DNA of 64,000 bases from assembly GCA_050633245.1 (NCBI GenBank), contig JBOEGD010000016.1:26746-90745 (forward strand). The letters run 5' to 3'. The notes beneath the pieces are model-generated. The model saw only the letters and a list, made by a program, of their open reading frames with translations, was not told where the DNA came from and made no database searches. Source of the stretch: Calditrichia bacterium (lineage in GTDB: Bacteria; Calditrichota; Calditrichia; RBG-13-44-9; J075). A program made the translations under genes and the position numbers. Positions 56,320 through 64,000 of this stretch are shown in pieces; the first letter of the stretch is position 1, and the number at the start of each line of letters is the position of its first letter.

Positions 56320-57591
56320 TTAGCCCGCTACGGTTTCATTAGCAATAAGCGGTTTACCATGTGGTAAGTCCTGCGGAACCTCGGCAAATTCACCAATACG
56401 CTCGAAAAGCTGATCGTAGTCGCGATCCAGCCTGCCGATAAGACAGTCGGTTACATCGTTTCGGGAATCCGGATATTTGCGAAAGAATTCGCGAAAGTTA
56501 AATTCGGAATCGTAGAAGGCATAGATCAGCTTACGCATTGCCTCAACGCTGCCGCGTACCGATTCACCATACTCAGCAAACTGAGAGGCGGATACGTTGC
56601 CAGATTTCAAGGCACAATCTGCGGCTTCAGCCGCTTCTGCCCCACTGTGCAGTGCCAGGAGTATTCCGGATGAGAATACGGGATCGAGAAATGAAAAAGC
56701 ATCCCCGGTAAGCACAACACCGTCTGCAGCGCAGTGCTTCGAGCGATAGGAGTAGTCTCCCGTAACCCAATATTCCGAGCACAATTTGCCGCTCTCCAAA
56801 TGTTCGGAAAGCCACTTATTCCTGGCGATTTCAGCATTCATAATCGTCTCGGGGTCACGCGATTCCCGATAGAGATACTCCTTATCGGCAACCACACCGA
56901 CGCTGACCTTATTGTCTGGCAACGGAATATACCAACACCAGCCGTTATCTGGCAGATATGCGACGGTCGTTGCCCCTTCATCAATTCCCGGATCACGAGT
57001 TGCACCTTCATAATAAGCCCAAATGGAAATCTTTTGTAGATTTTCATCGGCAACGCGCCATCCGTTTCGAGTAGCAAAGAAACCGTTACGCCCACTGGCA
57101 TCAACCGTTAAGCTGGCTTCAAAACGATGCTCATTTCCGTCAACATCTGTGGCAATAACGCCCTGCGTAACACCATCCTGTTCGATGATCTTGCGCGCAC
57201 GCATTTGTTCAAAAACAGTTACGCCATTTTCAGCAGCATTCTCCAACATCATTTTGTCGAATTCACTGCGAACCACCTGCCATGTTTTAGACGACGGATG
57301 ATCATTATGCTCATGAAAATAAAACGGTTGTGACAGCTTTCCTGAGCTGCTGGCAAACTGCACGCTATATTTTTTCGTAAACGAAGACGCATTTAGCTTT
57401 TCAAGCATTCCCAACTTTTCGAGGATAAAATAACAATAGGGAATCAAAGATTCACCGACGTGGTATCGCGGAAACTTTTCGCGTTCAATTAACGCAACAC
57501 GATGTCCCTTCATTGCAAGCAGGGTTGCCGCAGTAGAACCTGCAGGGCCGCCACCGACTACCAATGCATCATATTTATCGTGGTGTAGCAT
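56320..57591 (-). CDS. Flavin-dependent halogenase-like oxidoreductase
   Basis: GGGPAG, FPRYHVGES, FTKK (catalytic Lys position), WCWYIP (WxWxIP), GDAFSFLDPVFSSG. Confidence 0.85.
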   Translation of the reverse strand: MLHHDKYDALVVGGGPAGSTAATLLAMKGHRVALIEREKFPRYHVGESLIPYCYFILEKLGMLEKLNASSFTKKYSVQFASSSGKLSQPFYFHEHNDHPSSKTWQVVRSEFDKMMLENAAENGVTVFEQMRARKIIEQDGVTQGVIATDVDGNEHRFEASLTVDASGRNGFFATRNGWRVADENLQKISIWAYYEGATRDPGIDEGATTVAYLPDNGWCWYIPLPDNKVSVGVVADKEYLYRESRDPETIMNAEIARNKWLSEHLESGKLCSEYWVTGDYSYRSKHCAADGVVLTGDAFSFLDPVFSSGILLALHSGAEAAEAADCALKSGNVSASQFAEYGESVRGSVEAMRKLIYAFYDSEFNFREFFRKYPDSRNDVTDCLIGRLDRDYDQLFERIGEFAEVPQDLPHGKPLIANETVAG

Positions 57592-57592
57592 G

Positions 57593-58165
57593 CTATTTCC
57601 TTTCAGGGATATTTGATGGAAGTACTTCTACCACTTCCGCCAAGGGTTGATTATTTGGGGTATAAAGGGTATTCACTCGTCCGTAAAGGCACTGATGACC
57701 GTTCAACCTAAGCGCCTCGTTTATTGTAGCATCGGACAATATTTCAAAAAACAGATCGGGTTTACTGTAATGTAGGATGGCATAATCATTCAGGATTCTG
57801 CCAAAGGGACGCTCGCAGCCTTCAATTTGCTCGCGAGGATCCTTATCAAACATATCGAGGTGAATATGAATGGCACCAAAGAGAATCGGATTATCATCAT
57901 CTAAAATGAGGTTGACGAGCCGCAACATGCTGTCATTCTCACGAACGACCCGAAGTGCTGATACGCGTAGCGATTGCTTGTAGTGATTTTCTTGTGCAAT
58001 GGTCATGTCCTCATCATGCACCAGAAGCTGACGCTGGATAGAGGGAATCTCTGACGGATGTACGCGACGAACAGATGGCATAGGGAGATTGAGCAGCGAA
58101 TAGAACTCATCGAGTGGATAGGGCGTAATATACTTCATGGTGGCTGTTACGTAGCTTTCAGACAT
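57593..58165 (-). CDS. Chorismate lyase (UbiC/DUF98)-like protein
   Basis: 'LLVH..DMT...E', 'R.V.L......I.FG.I', 'PFGRIL', 'YGR......PLAEVVEVLP'. Confidence 0.6.
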   Translation of the reverse strand: MSESYVTATMKYITPYPLDEFYSLLNLPMPSVRRVHPSEIPSIQRQLLVHDEDMTIAQENHYKQSLRVSALRVVRENDSMLRLVNLILDDDNPILFGAIHIHLDMFDKDPREQIEGCERPFGRILNDYAILHYSKPDLFFEILSDATINEALRLNGHQCLYGRVNTLYTPNNQPLAEVVEVLPSNIPERK

Positions 58166-58405
58166 GAGGTTCCATTATTCCGGGTAGCATTTTCAATTTG
58201 CTCTATTTAATTTAGAAACATGTTGCCAACTCACAAGTAAAAAATAAGTATAGACAGCAATGGTGTACTTTTAGTGGAATATCGTTTTGCAATGATGTAT
58301 CAGAGATCATTGCTCCAGATGCAACATTCACTTTAATTGCGCCTGCTCTGACATCTTTTCTATTTAAACACCCACGTGTATGAACCGACAGATTTAAGGA
58401 TTTTC

Positions 58406-60928
58406 ATGAAGAAGCTTGTCATTTTTCTAGTCACTCTCGTTTTGTTCTTGCTCGCAGCCCTTATTGCATTGCCGGCTTTTTTTAGCGATAGTTTGGCAGC
58501 ATTGGTAAAAGAAGAATTAAATCGTGAGCTCGATGCGCAGGTAGAATTTTCTGACCTGAATTTGAGTGCTTTTCGCGCATTTCCCAATATTGCTTTGGGT
58601 CTGGACGATCTACTTATCGTTAATAACCCGCCATTCAGCGATACCCTCGTCCAACTCGAACGGCTGGACTTTTCACTCGGTTTAACAAGCCTTTTTAGCG
58701 GAAAGCAGGATATTCGCAGCGTGGTGCTGCAAAAGCCCAAATTAAATCTGCGCATTCTTGAGGACGGACGCACCAATTGGGACATTATGAAAGCTTCTGC
58801 TGAAGAGCAACCCGCTGATACAAGCTCCGGCGGCTTCAATTTTGGAATTCAGTCGTATTCTATAACCGACGGTTCGCTGAGCTATACAAATGAGCCAAAA
58901 AACACCGCGCTGAATCTGAAAGGATTTAATCATCAGGGATCGGGTGATTTTAACAGCGATAACTTTTTGTTGAATACAGAGACCCGCATTAATGCAATTA
59001 ACTATGCAAATGAAGGCAATAGCTATCTTTCAGAAGCATTATTTGAGTCAACAGCCGACATAGAAGTAGATCTTACAACAAAGCGTTACACGCTGAAAGA
59101 GAATTCGTTTCGACTAAATGATCTAAACCTTCAGCTGAATGGCTGGGTCCAGGAAATTGCAGATGGCTATAATACTTCCGTAGTATTTTCCGCTCCGGAG
59201 GCGAAGATTGAAGACATTCTTTCGCTATTACCTTTGATCTATGGAGACAGCAATGGCGATATTTCAGGAAACGGGTTGGTGATGGTTAAGGGCTCGGTAA
59301 ATGGAGTTTATTCCGAAGAAAAAATTCCGGCTTTTAAAACCGAGATGACAGTAAAGAAAGGTTCTTTTAAGTACGCCGCGCTCCCGAGTTCTGTGGAAGG
59401 AATTGAACTCGATCTGATCGTCGAAAACAAAGGTGACGAAATTGACGATATTTTCACTCGGCTAAATCAGCTCAACTTTCGCATTAACAATAATCCGATC
59501 AGCGCTCGATTGGTGCTCACCAAACCGTTAACCGACATGCAGGTAGACGGCGCTGTAAAAGGTACGCTGAACCTGAACGATTTGAAGTCTGCCCTGCCTA
59601 TGGAAGACGGTGTTAAACTCAGCGGCGCTTTCGACACCGACTTGAAGTTTAACGGTTCCCTGAAGGCGCTTGAAGAAAACCAGCCGGAGCGATTTTCCTC
59701 CAGCGGAAAGCTAAATCTAAGCGACATTCGCTATGAAGATGCCAGCTTGCCGGAAGTCATTCAGGTAAATAAGGCCAACCTGACCTTCAACTCCACTCTG
59801 GCAACATTGAACCAGCTCGACGCAACAATCGGCAGCAGCGACCTTAAGGTTTCCGGAAAACTTCAAAACCTGTTTGGGTATGCGATGGCTAACCAGCCGC
59901 TCTACGGTAGTTTGAATATGAACTCCAACTCTTTTAATCTCAACCCATGGATTGAAGGAGAGAGCGAAACGATTGAGCCGCCAAGGCTTCCTGAGAACAT
60001 TGAATTCCTGATAAATGCTACAGCAGGAAGAGTACAGGTAGACAATCTGGATATGACCGATGTAAAGGGCGAGGTGCTGCTTAAAGGCGGGCGCCTCTCA
60101 TTGAATAACCTGAGCGGCAACACCCTTAGTGGAAGCATGGTTGCAACCGGAAGCTATGAATTCGATGCAAGCGGAAAACCGAAAATGGACTTTGCTTTAA
60201 ACCTGGATAAACTGAGTATCCCGGACCTTTTCAAAAATATTGTTACGGTGCAGAAACTGATGCCCTTTGCCTCCTATATGGGAGGGGATATCAGCGGTCA
60301 GCTGACTCTTAATGCCCCGCTGGACAATACCTTCATGCCGGAATGGGCTCAACTTTTGAGTCAGGGGAAGATGCAAATTCCCAAAGTAAATGTTAAGGAT
60401 TTTTCCCCCTTTAATAAGATATCCGAGTACCTGAAGATTAGCCGGCTTAAAGATCCGTCCTTAAGCAACCTGCGCCCGAGTTATTATATAAAGGACGGAC
60501 GTTTTGTCCTGGAGCCCCTGCTTTTTGCAGTAGACCAATATAACATCGAGGCATCCGGTTCGAATGGCCTTGATAAATCGCTGGACTATCTATTCAAAGT
60601 AACATTACCTGCATCAGAGTTAAAAAATTCGGCCAACGCAGAAATTGCTAAACTTCTAAATACAGACATTTCATTACTTGGAAGCGCACCGGTTACGGTA
60701 GACCTAAAGGTGACCGGCAAGCCGGATTCTCCAACAATAAAGCCGGCCGGAGTAAACATTGTGCAAAACATTGCGGATCCGTTGAAAGAAAAAGCACGCC
60801 AAGAATCCGAGGCCGCCAAGAAGAAACTCGAAGATCAATTAAACAAGGATCTTCAAAAGAAAAAAGATGAGCTCAAGAATTCTGTCAATAAGAAGTTGAA
60901 AGGATTGTTCGGCGGTGGTAAGAAGTAG
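58406..60928 (+). CDS. AsmA-family protein
   Basis: N-terminal TM helix followed by 'LNA.V.F.DL.LS.FR.FPN', 'G.TNWDI'; long beta-taco-like repeats. Confidence 0.85.
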   Translation: MKKLVIFLVTLVLFLLAALIALPAFFSDSLAALVKEELNRELDAQVEFSDLNLSAFRAFPNIALGLDDLLIVNNPPFSDTLVQLERLDFSLGLTSLFSGKQDIRSVVLQKPKLNLRILEDGRTNWDIMKASAEEQPADTSSGGFNFGIQSYSITDGSLSYTNEPKNTALNLKGFNHQGSGDFNSDNFLLNTETRINAINYANEGNSYLSEALFESTADIEVDLTTKRYTLKENSFRLNDLNLQLNGWVQEIADGYNTSVVFSAPEAKIEDILSLLPLIYGDSNGDISGNGLVMVKGSVNGVYSEEKIPAFKTEMTVKKGSFKYAALPSSVEGIELDLIVENKGDEIDDIFTRLNQLNFRINNNPISARLVLTKPLTDMQVDGAVKGTLNLNDLKSALPMEDGVKLSGAFDTDLKFNGSLKALEENQPERFSSSGKLNLSDIRYEDASLPEVIQVNKANLTFNSTLATLNQLDATIGSSDLKVSGKLQNLFGYAMANQPLYGSLNMNSNSFNLNPWIEGESETIEPPRLPENIEFLINATAGRVQVDNLDMTDVKGEVLLKGGRLSLNNLSGNTLSGSMVATGSYEFDASGKPKMDFALNLDKLSIPDLFKNIVTVQKLMPFASYMGGDISGQLTLNAPLDNTFMPEWAQLLSQGKMQIPKVNVKDFSPFNKISEYLKISRLKDPSLSNLRPSYYIKDGRFVLEPLLFAVDQYNIEASGSNGLDKSLDYLFKVTLPASELKNSANAEIAKLLNTDISLLGSAPVTVDLKVTGKPDSPTIKPAGVNIVQNIADPLKEKARQESEAAKKKLEDQLNKDLQKKKDELKNSVNKKLKGLFGGGKK

Positions 60929-61013
60929 TTATTAAAACAAAAACTTAGAATTGCTCATGCGCAGTAGAACCATACCACCCCGCATGAGTAACTCTTAACA
61001 ATCGTCAATCGGT

Positions 61014-62654
61014 TTATTTTAGTAACTGCAATTGCTTAACCGCACTACCCTGCGAAGTGGTAAGCCGATAGAAATAGCTTCCGCTTGCCAAATCATTGCT
61101 GCTTACCTCGGCTGCATGCCAACCGGCCGAACGTTTTTGGTTAAGCAAGGTAGCAACGCGACGCCCTTGAATATCAAACAGCTCCAGCTTCACCTGATCC
61201 GCCTCAGGCAAACGAAAGCGAATTGTGCTGGTGCCATTGAACGGATTCGGGTAGTTCTGTTCTAATACAAACGCTTCCGGCAGCTGCTCATCATCAGGTG
61301 TGCCCAATACGGCAAAAGCCTGCTCGTAGGTAAGAATCTCATTCCCATCCTCATCTTGTCCGACAAACTGCAAACGAAAGTCACTCGGTCCATTATCGAT
61401 AATTGAGATTACGCCAAATTGCCCTTCTCCGGGGAAAGCACCCTCACTGTAGGGGCCACCCTTTTCGCTTTCCGATCGATCGAGACTTGCAGCATGAATT
61501 ACCGGAAATCCGATTCCACCACCATAGGTATTGTTGGTGCCATCATCCGCAGCAATCATATGCGCGTCACCACTGAGCATAACAAGGTTTGACGATATTC
61601 CATTTTGTTCAATAAAGTCTGCAAGCTCCTGTCGTTCAGTAGTGTAGCCACCCCAATGATCCTGCTCATCTTCCTGCTCATGAATCCACGGCACGGTGTT
61701 CACCCAAATAACCAGCGCATAATTAGGGCTCAACAACAGCTGCTGCTTTAACCAATCTTTCTGAGTATCGCCCATCATCGTCTTATCCGCATTATCCGGT
61801 TGGTTCGGCTTAACGCGCTCGGAGCGCAAATCGGTTAAAATAAAGTGAACACGTCCCACATCAAACGCTTGATAAATCGGCTTGGTGCCATCTCCTTCCA
61901 CCAGCGGGTAGTGAGGCACGTATTCGCGATACGTTAACTGTGCCGACTCGCGTCCTGCAGAATCACGATGACTATTGCCATGACCATAATCATGATCGTC
62001 CCACATATAGACTAACGGCACGTTGCGATAAAGCGAGCTTTGGCGATCTGAATCCAGTACGTCCTCGTACGCCTCGCGAAAAAGGTCGCGATCGGTATCA
62101 TTGATGTCTTCATAGTGTAAATCACCCATGTGCAAAAAGAACAGTGGAGACTTGCTTTCAATCGTTTCAAAAACCTTTCGGTCCGATCCGGTGCGTGCGC
62201 AGGATGCCAAAGCGAACGAAAACGAGGCTTGTCCAACTGGAAAGGTGTTAAAGGTCCCGGTTTTGGCCATTAGAATAGTGCCGGCTTCCTCTATTGCGTA
62301 AAAGTATTGCGTATCGGTCTGTAAACCGTCAATAGTGAGTCTTACCACACGATTATTGGTGGAATTCTCTGCATCTGCAGGTTGGGAAAAAAGCGGATTA
62401 GTCATGCTGCTGTCAAGGCTCACCGCCAGGCGAACGGTGGTATCCTCACTCATCTTTGCATTGACAACTGCAGAGTTCGGCGTAATTCCTCCAGACCATA
62501 AGAAATTAACTTCTGCAAGCTGCTTCGTCTGTGAAGGCTTCTCGCTTTTTGCGAACAGCCCTTTAAACCCCGGCCAAAATGTTAAGCCGAGAGTTCCTAA
62601 AAATGTTTTACGAATAAATTCGCGTCGAGACCGGTTGAAAATGTTTTTGAACAT
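61014..62654 (-). CDS. phoD: PhoD-family alkaline phosphatase with Tat signal and FlgD/T9SS-A-like C-terminal domain
   Basis: SRREFI Tat signal; ASC, HMGDLHY, WDDHDY, DLRS.R, LSGDAH; C-terminal LEQNYPNPFN...LASGSYFYRL. Confidence 0.88.
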   Translation of the reverse strand: MFKNIFNRSRREFIRKTFLGTLGLTFWPGFKGLFAKSEKPSQTKQLAEVNFLWSGGITPNSAVVNAKMSEDTTVRLAVSLDSSMTNPLFSQPADAENSTNNRVVRLTIDGLQTDTQYFYAIEEAGTILMAKTGTFNTFPVGQASFSFALASCARTGSDRKVFETIESKSPLFFLHMGDLHYEDINDTDRDLFREAYEDVLDSDRQSSLYRNVPLVYMWDDHDYGHGNSHRDSAGRESAQLTYREYVPHYPLVEGDGTKPIYQAFDVGRVHFILTDLRSERVKPNQPDNADKTMMGDTQKDWLKQQLLLSPNYALVIWVNTVPWIHEQEDEQDHWGGYTTERQELADFIEQNGISSNLVMLSGDAHMIAADDGTNNTYGGGIGFPVIHAASLDRSESEKGGPYSEGAFPGEGQFGVISIIDNGPSDFRLQFVGQDEDGNEILTYEQAFAVLGTPDDEQLPEAFVLEQNYPNPFNGTSTIRFRLPEADQVKLELFDIQGRRVATLLNQKRSAGWHAAEVSSNDLASGSYFYRLTTSQGSAVKQLQLLK

Positions 62655-62689
62655 CGCATAATCCTCGTGTGTAATACAATATGCATTTT

Positions 62690-62706
62690 AGCAAATCTTA
62701 TACCAG
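62690..62706 (-). promoter_or_regulatory. Putative sigma54 (-24/-12) promoter of phoD
   Basis: Minus-strand CTGGTATAAGATTTGCT = GG-N10-GC, about 35 nt before the ATG; GAGGA RBS in between. Confidence 0.5.
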
Positions 62707-62950
62707 TATGCAGTGCGCTTGGTGACGCTATTTCAAAAGATAGGGCATTCAAGATTGCGCAGTTTTTATACAAATGCAGGGGTCAGGGGATAGAGAATTG
62801 TTAAAAAGAGTGAAAAAGCAATGAGGCAATGGGGCAATTTCCTTCTGACGTCTTTAACTGACGTCCTTTAGCTGCCGTCTTTTAAGTGCGGTTGTTCACC
62901 CGCTCTCCCAATCGTCCATTTCTGTGTCTGTGTTCTAATTATCAATCAGT

Positions 62951-63853
62951 CTATTTGCGAGTTACGAAGATTATGCTCAGCAATAGCACACCGACTCCCA
63001 GCCATTGCGGCGCGCTCAAAATATTATCTCGAACCAGAAACTCCAGCAGAACCGCAGTAAGCGGGAAAGCCAGTTCGCAGATCGTTGCAACTGAAGCGGA
63101 GATGCGTTTTAATCCGTAGTAATATACCAGCATGGCCACCACGCCGCTGATAAGTGCGATACTGACAAAAACAATAAACTGACTCTGAGTGATTTCATCA
63201 TATCGCGCCACATCGCCGGTTGCAGTTGCAATAATTATTAGAATGAATGCAGTAAAGACAAATCGCAGGTAGGCACTGGTTTGGTGAGATACATTTTGCA
63301 GAGCCATCTTGCCCAACACTGTGCCGGAAGCAAATGCAATCGCGGCAATAATTGCAAAAATCGCAGCAACAGCTGTTTTGTCCCCCGTCTCCAGGTTTGG
63401 CGACTGTAGACCAAAGGTCATGAGGTAAGCGCCAAGTATCGCAAGGCCTGCCCAGAGATAAAACTGTTTCTGAGGACGCTCTTTTAGCAGAATAGCGGCG
63501 AGCAGAATAGCAAAAACCGGCTGAAGTTTTTGCAGCAAAACAACAATCGACAAATTTACGAAGTTTACGTAAAACAGTGCACGCGTAATGGCCATCGTTC
63601 CAATCGCTCCGCCAACCAATCCGATCAGGAATAAGATTATCCAATCACGCTTTGTGAGTTTTCCAAAAGAGGCACGATTATAGAAGATATATGGAGTCAG
63701 CAACAAAACGATCAGACTACTTTCAACGAGGACCACCAGAGGCACAGGGAGACTGTAAAGAGATGGGCGTAGTAAAATTCCATCAACGCCCCAGAGGGCA
63801 GCGCCAAAAATAACAAAAAAGGGGGCGTAACGGCTCATAAACAGTCTATCCAA
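62951..63853 (-). CDS. DMT/EamA-family transporter
   Basis: 10 TM helices in two EamA repeats; 'LLQKLQPVFA..LA...LKE'. Confidence 0.9.
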   Translation of the reverse strand: MDRLFMSRYAPFFVIFGAALWGVDGILLRPSLYSLPVPLVVLVESSLIVLLLTPYIFYNRASFGKLTKRDWIILFLIGLVGGAIGTMAITRALFYVNFVNLSIVVLLQKLQPVFAILLAAILLKERPQKQFYLWAGLAILGAYLMTFGLQSPNLETGDKTAVAAIFAIIAAIAFASGTVLGKMALQNVSHQTSAYLRFVFTAFILIIIATATGDVARYDEITQSQFIVFVSIALISGVVAMLVYYYGLKRISASVATICELAFPLTAVLLEFLVRDNILSAPQWLGVGVLLLSIIFVTRK

Positions 63854-63937
63854 TCAGTTTAACGAGCAGCAATTTAGTGAAGTGCATGTGGATAGCCAAG
63901 CGAGGTTTTAGATAGAGACGTGAGTGGCGAGGAGCGA

Positions 63938-64000
63938 GATGTGAAATGTGAGATGTGAGATGTGAGATGTGAGATGTGAAATGTGAGATGTGAGATGTGA
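63938..64000. repeat. Heptamer tandem repeat (RATGTGA)x9, running off the window edge
   Basis: Nine consecutive GATGTGA/AATGTGA units. Confidence 0.95.

Noticed and set aside
58213-58229. Sigma54 promoter for the halogenase cluster (TGGCAACATGTTTCT)
   Set aside because: The -12 element lacks the conserved G(C), so the match is too weak.
1482-63644. Numerous short ORFs overlapping the called genes
   Set aside because: They are antisense or off-frame to well-supported CDSs and show no recognisable motifs.

Overview
Gene-dense bacterial chromosomal window. A PhoD protein ending in a 'LEQNYPNPFN' FlgD/T9SS-A-like sorting domain, and the overall gene repertoire, suggest an FCB-group lineage such as Calditrichota or KSB1 (inference only). 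In order, it contains: an NRDE gene with a hydrolase-DedA-ATP-grasp fusion; a napD-napA-multiheme-nrfC/nrfD nitrate reductase operon; a divergent Hsp70 pair; a beta-propeller sensor kinase with a sigma54 activator; a DUF5916/LysR pair; an NLR operon; a TetR-associated beta-oxidation operon; NrtR with a matching palindrome; a small halogenase/chorismate-lyase/CoA-ligase cluster; AsmA; PhoD; and an EamA transporter. No rRNA, tRNA, CRISPR array, transposase or integrase was seen. The stand-out is 28211-35559 (minus strand): three tandem NB-ARC+TPR (NLR-like) genes followed by one CHAT (caspase-like) protease. The protease's Q/N/G/T-rich linker carries two different short motifs. One matches the N-termini of two NLRs (17/25 and 14/25 identical) and the other matches the N-terminus of the third (14/28 identical). 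A possible third, unpaired motif lies between them. This looks like a multi-input amyloid-signalling immune hub; the function is inferred, not tested.
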